DNA from: Macrostomum lignano
Taxonomy: Eukaryota
Reading direction: 5' to 3'
DNA: 64,000 nt
Assembly (NCBI GenBank): GCA_002269645.1
Contig: NIVC01000186.1
Coordinates: 372,001 to 436,000, forward strand
This document shows, piece by piece, positions 49,454 through 61,452 of this stretch (position 1 is the stretch's first letter; each line of letters opens with the position of its first letter). A model generated the notes under the pieces. It worked only from the letters and a program-made list of their open reading frames with translations, ran no database searches and was not told the DNA's origin. A program made the translations under genes and the position numbers.

Positions 49454-50872
49454 ATGGCCTTCGAGCCGACTATGGATAACCAAGCTTTTTCTAGGGACGG
49501 GGACCCTTCTAAACCCCAACCTCAGTCCGAAGGACCGGCCGGCCCTGCTGGCAGATCCCAACCGACTGATTCAACTGTGGCAAAGGAAGGACCGGCTGGC
49601 TCTGCTGGCAGATCCGACCAGAGCTACCAAACTCAAAATGCCCAAAGACCTGCCAGCTCCGCTGGTGGATCTAAGGGAACCGCGAGCTCTGAGCCTAAAG
49701 GACCGGCCAAATCTGGCAGATCCGATGAAGCTCAGCGGGCTCGGCTTGAGCGCAAACGCGCTAAACAACGCGCCAAAAGGCAGGCCAAGCAGGGAGCTGC
49801 GGGGGCCAAAGCGGCGGCGTCCACCATGGATGCTGAAGCGACTGGAGTCCCAAGGCAACCAGGCGGGCCGGCCGGTGGAAGCTCCAGTAGTTCAGCGGCG
49901 GCGCTCCCCGGAGCTGCTGCCGCGGCTGCTGAGGCCGAAACCACGACGCAACAAATGGCCACTGCCAACAAGGAGGTTCCTTCGGGAGCTACCTTTGCGG
50001 CGAAGGCCAAGGCCAAAATCCCGGGAGTGATCATCCAAGGTCGTGACCAGGACTGGACCACTGATCAGCTTCAAAAAGTGTGGAGTGCTGTTGACTCCTA
50101 TCTGATTGGGCTGACTGTCGAGGAGGGAATCTCAATCGGCATTGGGCGGATGGTGCTGCGAAGCACATTCGTTCTTATTGCTCCTAGCAGCGAAGAGGAC
50201 GCTCGGCAGCTGCTCCAGCGGCTACCGACGGTCTCCTTGGATGCTGACCTTGGCGGAGCTCTTTTTCTTCGCGAGGGCCAGCGTCCAAAGACGATACCCT
50301 ATGTGGTTTTCGTCCCTGCTAAGAGCACCGCAGCTGGACCAGACGTTATCCGCCGGGTCCTACTGCGTCTGAACCCCGACCTCCCTGCTAGTGAACTGGT
50401 GTATCACCGTAAAGTCCGCAGGGGGGAGACGGGCAACTCAATTGTCCTCGGCCTTTCCAGCACTTGGGCGAGTCGGTACCCTAATGGATCCTCTTTCCAG
50501 CTGGGTGCCCTCAAGCTCAAGATGCGCCGAGGAAAGTCTGCCAAAGGGAAGGCTACTGCCAACCCCGGCATCTCCGGCAAGAGCGGGGCGCAGTCTAAGG
50601 CCCAAGGAAAGGCGCAAGCCGATCCCAAAGCCAAAGCTGCATCTCGCCCCTCTGCTAGCAGCAGTTCGGCGACCGCGGTAACGGCTCCGGCCAAGCCCCG
50701 GGAACCAAACCTGCTAGTCGGAGAAGGAGTTGAGGACGAGGCCGGGTCTTCGGAATCCGAGCTCTCCTCGGCCACCCTGGTGGGGTCTGAAGGTAAAGAT
50801 GCAGATGAGGAAGCTTCCTCCATCCTGTCATCGGAGCCTGAGGACTCTGCTGGGGGGGGGCGGTGGGGGTGA
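49454..50872 (+). CDS. LINE ORF1 (basic, low-complexity N-terminus; no clear CCHC knuckle)
   Basis: Open frame 49397-50872; first ATG at 49454; lies 5' of ORF2 inside the TSD-bounded element. Confidence 0.8.
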   Translation: MAFEPTMDNQAFSRDGDPSKPQPQSEGPAGPAGRSQPTDSTVAKEGPAGSAGRSDQSYQTQNAQRPASSAGGSKGTASSEPKGPAKSGRSDEAQRARLERKRAKQRAKRQAKQGAAGAKAAASTMDAEATGVPRQPGGPAGGSSSSSAAALPGAAAAAAEAETTTQQMATANKEVPSGATFAAKAKAKIPGVIIQGRDQDWTTDQLQKVWSAVDSYLIGLTVEEGISIGIGRMVLRSTFVLIAPSSEEDARQLLQRLPTVSLDADLGGALFLREGQRPKTIPYVVFVPAKSTAAGPDVIRRVLLRLNPDLPASELVYHRKVRRGETGNSIVLGLSSTWASRYPNGSSFQLGALKLKMRRGKSAKGKATANPGISGKSGAQSKAQGKAQADPKAKAASRPSASSSSATAVTAPAKPREPNLLVGEGVEDEAGSSESELSSATLVGSEGKDADEEASSILSSEPEDSAGGGRWG

Positions 50873-50999
50873 GGAGGCCATGGACATCGACCAACTCCCA
50901 TCTCCCAGTCAAGCCCCAGCGGCCTGGGACGAGGACGATCTGTTGTCCAAGTCACCTTGATGGCCCTGGGCTCTAGCCAGACATTGCATTTAATACAGT

Positions 51000-53900
51000 A
51001 TGACTAAGCTCCACGCTGCCAAAGGAGCGACATTCTGTCTGCAAATAAATTTACAGCATTGCGTATCTGCGTCAGTAAATCTGATGAAGATTGCTGAGCT
51101 GTACAGGCCAGGCCTCATCCTGATCCAGGAACCCTGGATGCGCAACGGTAAGTTGCCCAACATTCCCTCTGGCTACTCTGATTTTTATGTGTGTGGCCCG
51201 GGGAACAGCCGCCCTAGAGCGGCTATCCTCGCTGCTAGCCATCTCCAGGCTTGGCTGAGGACTGATCTCTCTGATGGAGACCTTTGCGTCATCCAATCTA
51301 ATCATCTCTCTCCGCGTACGTGTCTTGTTGCCTCGGTTTATATCCCAGGCGACAGAGACCCTGCTCCCGAGAGTTTACTGCACCTTGCGCAGTACTGCGA
51401 GTCCCAGAACGCTGAGCTGTGCTTAGGGGGCGACCTCAACGCGCACCACAAGCACTGGGGCAGCAAAGATACCAACACTAGAGGAGAGGAGCTTCTGGCC
51501 CTCATCTCTAACACAAACCTCATGCTCTGCAACCGCGGCAGCACTCCTACCTTTAATAATGGCAGATGGACCGAGGTCCTCGACGCCACACTCGTTACCC
51601 CAAGACTCTTTGACAGAGTTGAGGAGTGGAGAGTCTGGTCTGAGGAGCCCTCCCTGTCTGACCACTGCTTTATCGCCTTTAACATCGCGGACACTAAAAC
51701 CCAGTCTCCGATCACTTGGAGGCGCAATATCCGCAACACTGATTGGGCGGCCTACAAGGCTGCCCTTGATCTGCACCTGCAGGAACTCACGGACTTACGT
51801 CCGATTGAGACCTGCGAGGATGTGGATCATATGGCTGTGACGCTGACAGGTTGCATTATTGCAGCCTACGAAGCGGCTTGTCCTGCTCGCGTCTACAAAG
51901 GCAAGACCTCGGCGCCGTGGTGGAACCCGGAGCTGGGGAAACTCAGGCGGAAGGCCAAAAGCCTTCATCGCCGTGCCATGAAGACCGGAAACCCGGAGGA
52001 CATGAAGCTTTTCCGGCAAGCCTCCCGCAATTTCAAATCTGAAGTGCGCAAGGCCAAGGAATGTAAGTGGCGCCAATTCTGCAATGAATTGGATCAAGAC
52101 AGACCTACTTCTAGGCTTGTCAAGGCCCTTACAATGGACAAAATGTCCAAATTAGCCATGATCAAAAAAGATGATGGCTCTCTTACTAAAGACTCTGAAG
52201 AAGTGCTTCAGCATATGCTCAGCACATTCTTCCCGAGGGTACCTACTGCTAGACCGGAGCCCAACCATTCGATGGATGGAGCCACCCTAGCGGCGGGCAT
52301 TGTCACTGAAGACCTAATCGCTCGTGCGGTCAGAACCTTCAAACCCTTCAAATCTCCTGGACCTGATGGTATCTACCCTGTTCTCCTTCGTGAAGCAGCC
52401 AAGATACCCTCGTTCCTGAGACTCACCCGCAATCTTATGCGGGCCTCTATCCAGCTGGGATACGTTCCCAAATGCTGGACTGAAGCTCGGGTAGTCTTTA
52501 TTCCCAAACCTGGGAAGGGTGACTACCAAAGCGTCAAGGCCTTCCGGCCTATTAGCTTAACGTCAGCAATGCTTAAGCTCACTGAGAGGCTTATTCTCTG
52601 GCGGCTGCTGTCCTGCGAGCTGACAGCGATGCCCCTCAACAATAATCAGCACGCCTTCCGTACCGGGAGGTCGACTGACAGCGCCCTGCATGCGATTGTC
52701 GAGAAGATTGAAAGGGCGGTACTGGGTGACGGTTACGCTCTGGCTCTCTTTCTTGACATTGTTGGCGCCTTCGACAACGTTATCTTTGAAGCGTTTCAAA
52801 GATAACCCCAAGGCGGAGTCCTCACCCCGACGCTCTGGAACCTGGTCATGGACGCTCTTCTGAGTGACTCCCGACCCGACCCCGTCTTCAAAGTCGGGTA
52901 TGCTGATGACGTCACGGCCATTGTGGCAGGACCGTCTCCCAGCACGCTCAGGGATCTGATGCAGAGCTTTATCTGCAAAGCAGAATCCTGGGCCAATGAC
53001 AATGGTCTGAAACTCTCTGAGCCCAAAACCGTTGCCATTATGTTTACCAGCAGACTACGCTGGAACATACGTCCTCTGCAGCTCTACGGCAGAGATATTG
53101 CCTTCGCGCACCAGACCAGATGTATCGGGGTCACACTTGACCACCGGCTCAACTGGTCCTCCCACGTGAAAGCAAAAGCCAAGCGTGCCTCAGCCATCCT
53201 GGCCCAGCTCCGACGAGCACTTGGCACTTCTTGGGGTCTATCCCCAAAGCGGCTTTGGTGGATCTACACTTCCGTAGTTAGACCTGCCATTACGTACGCC
53301 TCGGTTGTCTGGGTTAGCGCTACCCAGGTCAAAAGCCATGCAGACCTGCTCAACACGATCCAAGGCAGAGCGTGTAGGCTCATCTGCAACGCCACCAGGT
53401 CCACGCCCTTTGCTGGCATGGGGGCCTTCCTTAATCTACCGCCTCTTGACCTCTTCGTCAGGGGTGAGGCGGCTAGAACGACGCGGCGTCTAATTGATGC
53501 CGGCGTCAAATTCATTTACATGAGAGCACCTGCTAAGCGGAACCTTGTCCCGCATAGCGACCTGTGCCTCAACTTTCTCAACGAGTGTCAGGCCAATCGC
53601 GTCTTCACCGATGGCATTGCCTCAACGCTCAACCTGAGACAGCGCTACTCCGTAGCTATCGACTCGCGCGATAACATCAATGACCAATGGAACCTTGGTA
53701 AGCTTCATTACTACACCGACGGTTCTAAGCAGTCAGCCAACACCGGCTTTGGTGTTGGAATCTTTCTGAACGGGAGGGTCATCGCTACCCACGCTCAATA
53801 CACTGGGGTCAACTCCAGTGTTTTCCAAAATGAAGTTCTGGCCATCAGCTCCTGCACTGCAGAGCTTCTCGCCACTGGCGTTATTGGCAAGAACATCATT

Positions 53901-54620
53901 TTCCATTCGGACAGCCAAGCTGCCTTGCACGCCATCAGTGGCTGCAGCACCAACTCTGCTACCGTCCTCGACTGTATCAAAATTCTCAACGTGTTGGGTT
54001 CCGCCAACAAAATTACCCTTAAGTGGGTTCCGGGGCATGTGGGGATCCGAGGAAATGAGCTGGCTGACACCCTTGCAAAAGTTGGTGCCTCCGGCTCCTC
54101 TCTCGGCCCCGAACCTCTTGTCCCGATTCCTGGCTGTGTCATCGACTCGCGCATCAAAGCGTGGATCAGGACTCAGCACCGCTCGACTTGGGCGAACCGC
54201 ACGAACTGCAGGCAATCCAGAGGCGCTGTCCCTCAGCCCTCTCACCAGCTCCGGAAGCTCCTCTTGCGCCTCTCGCGCAGAGACATCCGGGCTGCCTCCA
54301 TGACCCTCTCTGGTCACGGCTGCTTCTCCAGGCACCAGTACCTGCAGGGCAACGCCACCAACGCCACCTGTAGTTTCTGCAACTCAGGTGACGAAACCAC
54401 TGAGCATTTCGTCAGCATCTGTCCCGCCTTCACGCGGGCCAGACTCACTTACCTCGGGCCACACAAATATATTACTGAAGCGTGCAAACCCGAAAACTTT
54501 AATCAGCTCATGCGCTACCTTCGGGCCACCCGCAGGGCTGAACTCTCCTTTCCAGAGAGCACTATAGCTGCTGGCGACACTGGGGGACCTCCCTGGGCGG
54601 CGCCAACCCTCCGTCCATAG
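51000..54620 (+). pseudogene. LINE ORF2 (APE endonuclease, RT, RNase H, C-terminal Cys/His finger), split by a deletion/frameshift at about 52803
   Basis: QINLQH, IQEPW, GGDLNAHH and SDHC (APE); FRPISL, LDIVGAFD, PQGGVL and YADD (RT); YTDGSK, SDSQAAL and WVPGHVGIRGNELAD (RNase H); CSFC...ETTEHF..C. Confidence 0.92.
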
Positions 54621-55034
54621 CGACGCGTCGGCCGTTCAGGGATTAGCGGAATGGGCGCCCGCGCCTTTCCGCTGTGTCCCTTCCGGGACAGCCCTGCAGC
54701 TAAGTCAAAGTAAGTCAAGTCCGTTTTCTTGTTGCCAACTTTAATCTCGCGCATAAGTTAGTTTTTTGTCACATTAGTTTTTGTCTTTATATACTACATT
54801 ATTTTAATTTGCGAAAAAATGATGTTATTAATCATCAGAATTATGTTTTCCTTTAAAATATAAATCAGGAAGTAAACAGTAGTTTTTGCATAGGCCAAAC
54901 AATGAGCAATTTATTACTATTAATGCTACTTCTACTACTACTACTGTAAATTTTGTGTATGTTCTCTAAGTTTAATATATCGCATCGGTTGCCATAAAGC
55001 CACCAAAATTTTTTTAAATTTAATTCCGCGTTTG

Positions 55035-55952
55035 GGCCTTTTCATATTGCTTGTTCTGGTTCCAGAACCAGAACCAATTTGTGAAGTATAACTTTTTGTC
55101 TCCATAACTAGAGGAAGATACGTGCGATAAAGTTTTTATTATTGAATGACAATCGCCAAGAAGAAAGTAAAAAATTGTGCTAAGTGAGGTTGTTAAGGCA
55201 GTCAAACATTCAATAGAATTAAATAGTTATACTGCTGTTTTTCTTGGAAGATCCGAACCGATTCTGATTCTGGAATTGGTAATATGAAAAGCCTCTTTGA
55301 GTAAGTTCGGTATTTAGAGTAAAAAATAAGTGTACAGGGTACTACGTCCACTCCAACGCAGAATAAAGTTTGCACATCGTCTATGTTATTAAAACTATGA
55401 TATATACATTTCATTTTGCAGAAGTGCTTGCTAAAAGTGATATAAAAAGGATTTACTACAATCAAAATCAATAGCACTGACATTGACATTGACAGAGAGT
55501 GAGACTGTTGTATCGAATTCTCATTGAAAGCTTAGGGCATCAACAAATTGAGGTCGCATTCTCCACCAAAGATAGTTTTTTTTGCAATCTTTTTGCTTTT
55601 TGTCATTTTGGGCGCCTTTATATCTACCCCTTAAGTCCTAAGGCTTTTTCATATTGATTGTTCTGGTTCTAGAACCAGATTAAAGTTGTAAAGTAGGCCT
55701 ATAACTTTATGTCTCCTAAACTAGAAGAATACATGCTATACATTTTTAATTACTCATTATTGAATAGGAATAGGGGCCTACTACAAATACTATAGAATAC
55801 AATAAAAAAGTTAAAAAGTGTGCTAAGTAAGGCTAGGCCTATTTAGATAGTCAAAAATTCAACAAAGTTAAAAAGGCCCACTATAGTTATACTGCTTTTT
55901 TCTTTGAAGATCCAAACCAATTTTGGTTCTAGAATTAGTAATGTGAAAAGCT
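55035..55952. repeat. Diverged direct duplication (55035-55295 versus 55640-55952)
   Basis: Shared TTTTCATATTG.TTGTTCTGGTTC.AGAACCAGA ... TATAGTTATACTGC ... GAAAAGC. Confidence 0.8.
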
Positions 55953-57104
55953 TAAAAGTTAATTATATATAATATTAATATAGCAAAAGTTAAAGAAAAA
56001 TTAGAAAATTAAACTTAACTTTAAAGTTATAAAATATATACATAAGACAAAACATTTAAAATTTGCTTTTAACTTAAAAAAATTAAATGTGATTTTATAT
56101 TACATAACTGTATATTCTTTTTTATGGCTTATGTAACTAATAAAATTCTAGGGTATAAATTGTATAATAGTTTATGTCTTAATGCAAATCCTATCTTTGC
56201 TAAATATATATTAGTTTGTACCAAAAAGGGTAATAATTCACTTAAATATATATCAAAATTTTTCTTAAAAGGTTAATTTAACTTTATGAAATGATTTTGT
56301 AAGGTTTTGACAAAAATAAAAACTAGGCAATGGTTTTTAGGTTTGGAATATCAGATCTGGTAAGAAAACTTAAAGAAGAGTATGTATTTGGTCTATGTTT
56401 ATTTATTGTACTATAAGTTTTCATTTTTAGTATATTTAGTACTATATAATATATTGCTAGAAATTTATAGAAGCTTTGATTCTTAAAACAAATTTTATTA
56501 TATTCAATGTTTATATATAACATTACTATACAAATGCAATATTAACTTTTATTAATCTCTTACTTTATTAAAGCTAAATAACTAAAATTAACATTTAGTA
56601 AAGTTAAAAAAATTTCTAGAATAAAATTTCAATATTATACTAAAAAAGAATTTTCTGGAAGTTTCTAAAATATCTAATTTATATGTATTTTCAAAATATA
56701 AATATGCAATAGCTATGTGCCACAATTGTTTTCCTTATAGGTAATAGAGTCCCTAAGTCCTAATCAATAAATAATGAAAATAATACAATATAATTGAAAT
56801 GCATAATGAAAGAAAATTGAAAAATCCAATATCAATAATAATGGAAGTTATTGTCTTTGGTGAATCATATATGGCATCTGCTCTTAGTCACCTGTCTTGG
56901 CTCTGTTGTGGTAAATACAATGAGTAAATCCAGTGTTGGTGACACTAATGGCAAGTTGGATCCCATAGCTATTGGCAGTGTTAAGCTAGACTCAATTGCT
57001 AATATCTGTATTTTAGATGGCTATTACAATGATGACAGGTTCTTAGATTGATGCTGCTTAGTTGACCATATACTGTTGGCTTGTTGGGGTCCTCAGAATG
57101 CTTT

Positions 57105-58150
57105 TAAACAGTCAATAAAAACAGCTTCTTGGTGACCTAGATGCATCTTTATAGTGAAAAATGTTGTCATCCTTTGGATGACTTGGTTGGAAGGAGCTTA
57201 GATAGGTGCTTTGAAAGGCTTGTGCACATAGTCCATTCTTAGTCAGACTTTCTTGGCACTCAAAATGTCAGTTAGGATGTTACTGTTTTACTGTCAACAG
57301 TCTTACTGTTGTTGTGCTTGGGCATTGTTCATTCAATGATGCTATCTATCTAGAGCTGTTGTTGGTGCCTCAGATGTAGCTGATATCTATTGACACTCCA
57401 TAATGACACCGAGGTAGCGCTGGTTCCTGTCTAATGTGCCATCTCTGCTGCTGTGGAATGCTTGAACCAAAGGCTTGTGGTCTTTGAAGACTGTCACATT
57501 GCATCCCGCAATCAAGCTCCAAAATTGCAGCACTGTGAGATATTTGGCAAGCTCTTGATCCAATGCTAATTACTTCTACTGCGCAGCCATCAACTTCTTG
57601 CTAAAAAGGCCAATTGGTACCATATTCTTGTTAGATGCTTGATATAGAGTGGTGCCAATGCTAGTAGATGAAGTGTCTATTATTAGGCTATAAGATTTGC
57701 AATTTGGATCTGGGTGTTAAAGCAGCATTTGCTCAGCCAGGCTCTCCTTGAGTAGCCTGAATGCCTCTTCATGGATTTTTCCATAGGTATATACTTGCAA
57801 TGAACATTGTGCCAATGTAATGAGGTCTTGAAGTGGTGCAGCGATATTAGGAAAGTGCAGGATAAAATGCCAATAAAAGCCAATGATGCCTAGGAATTAC
57901 CTTAACACATTCATGTCCTTGGGTGCTAGCCACTATTGAATGGTATCTATCTTGGAGGCAAGCAGGTGGATACTGTCAGCTAATATGTGATGTCCCAGGA
58001 AAGTGACTTCTGGTTGCATCAAAATGCATGTAGCCAGCTAAACCTTGAGGCCATAGTGACCCAATTGTGACAAGATAGCTTCTAGGTATTGCAAGTGCTC
58101 CTTTTCACTCGCAGATACCACCAGAAGGTCGTCAATGTAACAGGGACGCA
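57105..58150 (-). pseudogene. Decayed Ty3/Gypsy pol fragment (RT end, RNase H, post-integrase tail; integrase core missing)
   Basis: CYIDDLLVVS, VTFLGH, FLGIIGFY, IGLFSKKL, DHKPLV and LRMDYVHKPF...IDCLKA, with many stop codons. Confidence 0.88.
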
Positions 58151-58514
58151 GGGTCTCCACAGGTTACCAAAATTTATGCTGGCTGGATCAGCTAGATCAG
58201 CTGATAATAGTGCATATATAGTCTGTTGCTATACCTACTAATAGTGAATTGGACAATTGACATGTAGTTATTTTTCAATTAAAACAGTTTAATTGTTTAT
58301 TAAATGTTAACTTATTTATTTATAACTTTTTTATTTAATTAACTTATTTATTGAAATTACATAAATATTTAGATAGTCAATATACTAAATAGTAAATTGA
58401 TAGATTACTTTTTATTGCTTATAATCTGTATTTATACTGTATTTCGTTTATAAAAATTTAATTCATGCCAGCTCAACAGTGGGTCTGATTTATCCCTTAT
58501 TCTACTCCATTGCA

Positions 58515-59907
58515 ATGCTGCCAGTCTGTGACACGCCAAACTGTGGCAAAGAGGCCAAATTTCGGTGTCCAACCTGCTCCAAACTGGGCATCGAAGGCTC
58601 ATTCTTCTGCACGCAGAACTGTTTCAAAGGCTACTGGAAAGAGCACAAGAAGGTGCACGCACTGTTTGAACAGTTGAAAAATCAGGGTGCCGCACCACTG
58701 GGAGGCGACTTGTCGCAACCGCTGATTGTGAGTCATCAGTCAATCATTCTAATGTGCATTGGACTGACACTTGATCAAATAGCATGGAATATGGATTAAT
58801 GACATCGACGAATTGATTAATGACATGGAGTGTGGATTAATGACATGGACTCTGGATTAATGAAATGGACTGCTGATTGATGACATGGACTATTGATAAA
58901 TCTTGTGGACTGTACGATCAGTTACTGCCATGAACGGTCAACTCGATGTCTACGGTCGTTTTTACTCTGCTCCCCAGGTGTCCTGGCCCGGCTACAATTT
59001 CACTGGCGACCTGCGCCCCTACCGTCAGAGTCCCCGGCGCCAATTGCCGGACACCGTGACCGGCCGACCGGACTACTGGCGCGACGGCACTCCGTATAGC
59101 GAGCGCCAGGACAAGGGCCTGCTCAGGGTGCTCGGCGACGAGGAGCAGGAGGATATGCGCATTGTCTGCCGGCTGGCTCGCTAAGTGCTGGAGGAGGCGA
59201 TGCGGGCGGTCGAGCCCGGTGTCACCACGGACGCGATCGACCGACTGGTGCACGAAGCCAGCATCGAGCGAGACTGCTATCCGTCTCCACTGAACTACTA
59301 CGGTTTCCCGAAGTCCTGCTGCACATCCGTGAACGAAGTGATCTGTCACGGCATCCCGGATATGCGGCCACTGGCCGATGGCGATATTGTTAACATCGAC
59401 GTGACCTGCTACCATCGGGAGCATCACGGCGACCTCAACGAAACAGTGTTTGTTGGCTCAGTAGACGAGGAGAGCCGCAGGCTGGTCCAAGTCACCTGGG
59501 AGTGCCTGCGCAAGGCTATCGAAATGGTTAAACCGGGCGTACGTTATCGCGACGTTGGCGACGTAATTCAACAGCACGCCCACTCGGCCGGCCTGTCGGT
59601 GGTGCGCACCTACTGCGGTCACGGCGTCCACCGGTTGTTCCACTGCGCGCCGAACGTGCCGCACTACGCGCGCAACAAAGCCGTCGGCGTGATGAAGCCC
59701 GGCCACGTGTTCACAATCGAGCCAATGATTAGTCAGGGCGAATGGAAGGACCAGCTGTGGCCGGACAAGTGGACATCGGTCACTTTAGATGGCAAACGTT
59801 CGGCCCAGTTTGAGGATACGCTGCTAGTGACCGAGACCGGTTGCGAAGTCCTCACTAGGCGCTCGGTTGACGATGGTAAACCGTTTTTTATGTCTCAGCC
59901 GGCTTAG
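58515..59907 (+). CDS. METAP1: Methionine aminopeptidase 1 (N-terminal zinc finger + M24 domain), exons 58515-58727 and 58978-59907; in-frame TAA at 59182-59184
   Basis: CDTPNC...CPTC...[13 protein letters not shown]; [40 protein letters not shown] and SAQFE. 380 codons if the TAA is read as sense. Confidence 0.95.
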
Positions 59908-59922
59908 GTTCAGTCCTAACTT

Positions 59923-60110
59923 GGAACCTTCAGCACCCTCCCGAGTCCTTAGATTGAAGCTTCAGCACCCTCCCGAGTCCTCAGATGGAACCTTCAGTAC
60001 CCTCCCGAGTCCTCAGATGGAACCTTCAGCACCCTCCCGAGTACTCAGATGAAACCTTCAGCACCCTCCCGAGTACTCAGATGAAACCTTCAGCACCCTC
60101 CTGAGTCCTC
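59923..60110. repeat. 32-bp minisatellite, about 6 copies, directly after the MetAP1 stop
   Basis: Unit GGAACCTTCAGCACCCTCCCGAGTCCTCAGAT. Confidence 0.92.
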
Positions 60111-60731
60111 GTAATAGTCATTTTATACATTGTGCAGCAGTTGCTCTTCCATATCTCTACTGGCATTGCGTTATAGTAGATTAGGAAAACTTGTTTTTCC
60201 ATAATATTTGTACTCAGCGTATTATTAATATCTGTTATATTGCTGCATTTCCTAATTCCCATTAGTAAAAGTTATTAAGCAGACGCAATTTTGTGTCCAA
60301 GTCCAATGTACGTGTATTTTTTGAGTTGTTTGTTTAGTCAATCCACAATGCAATATTTTGCAGTTTTACAGCTGTGTTTGCCTCCATTCTCTTTAGTGTT
60401 ATATAAATGACATGTTTAGGTAGTGTAATGTTATGTACAAACACAAAAAGAAGATTGCTTGCAATAATTGCGTGTATAGCTGAAAGAGAAATAAACTTAT
60501 TTTAATTAACATATTTTAAACGCATTAGCATTCTCATCATTTTCTTTTAAAGATGTAGCCACAGTCAGGCCCGATGTATAGATAACACATTTTATATGGC
60601 CTAGTAATGATTTTCTATATTAAGTATCGTATACAAACCTAAACTGAACTAGTTGCTGCCAAAATTATTTATACAGTACGTATTAATATCGGTTCGCCTT
60701 ACTTGCCTGCTCGCTTTTCAGTTGCTGCAGC

Positions 60732-60737
<6 letters not shown>

Positions 60738-60774
<37 letters not shown>
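60738..60774. repeat. (TG)n microsatellite
   Basis: Dinucleotide run. Confidence 0.95.
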
Positions 60775-60775
<1 letters not shown>

Positions 60776-61452
60776 AAGTGCGTGTGTGCATCACCATCTT
60801 GTCTCTGTGCCTCTGCTGCCTACAATTTCGCTTGCTGTGCATACATGTACTGTGCATAGTGCATCTTCTGAACTGGCTAGACTAGACACTGAGGTTTATA
60901 CTGCGTATCACCGGATTTCGTTTCAGTAGCTACGAGCTAAGCTAGTGATAGTTTTGTCAAAGTTGGTGTAATTGGAAAAACATCTTATATATTTTTATAC
61001 CGTGTCTATTGGCTAATCCACTAATGCTACAGTAACTAAATGGGCCACTTAGTTATATTTTCTTGGTAATAACACTTCTCTACTTTGAGTTCAGTAGCAA
61101 GGAAGCGTGTGTAAGCTATTTTTCGAAAAGAAGTGAAGTTGGTGTGACTTGCAGACGTAAACAACTCGCTATTGGTGCAGCCGTAATGTACGAGTACATT
61201 AGTTAGCGCCCATTGGAAATGTACATAGGTGGAGCTTTAGGTTAGGCGGAACACTGCGAGGAAGGCAATAAAAATTGAGCAGCGGGGCTGGCGTAGAGAT
61301 TTTACGCGGAAAGACACGGTTGGGGAGGGGGGCTCCGCAACGGGGGTAAGAGAGCCAATTGTCGAATCTAATGTAATGTATGTACATCTTAACAGCTTTA
61401 GGCGAAGATTTATTAAGAAAAGTAAAAATTCCATGCATGTGGTCCGTGTGTT

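Larger units (their letters stand above)
48934..54719 (+). mobile_element. Full-length non-LTR retrotransposon, LOA/R1-like (ORF1; APE-RT-RNase H-zinc-finger ORF2), with an internal RT deletion
   Basis: TSD TCCGTTTTCTTG at 48922-48933 and 54720-54731; 3' tail TAAGTCAAAGTAAGTCAAG; domain order as in the ORF features. Confidence 0.93.

Noticed and set aside
55020-55489. Minus-strand ORFs in the AT-rich duplication
   Set aside because: No recognisable motifs, and the frame is not conserved in the second copy.
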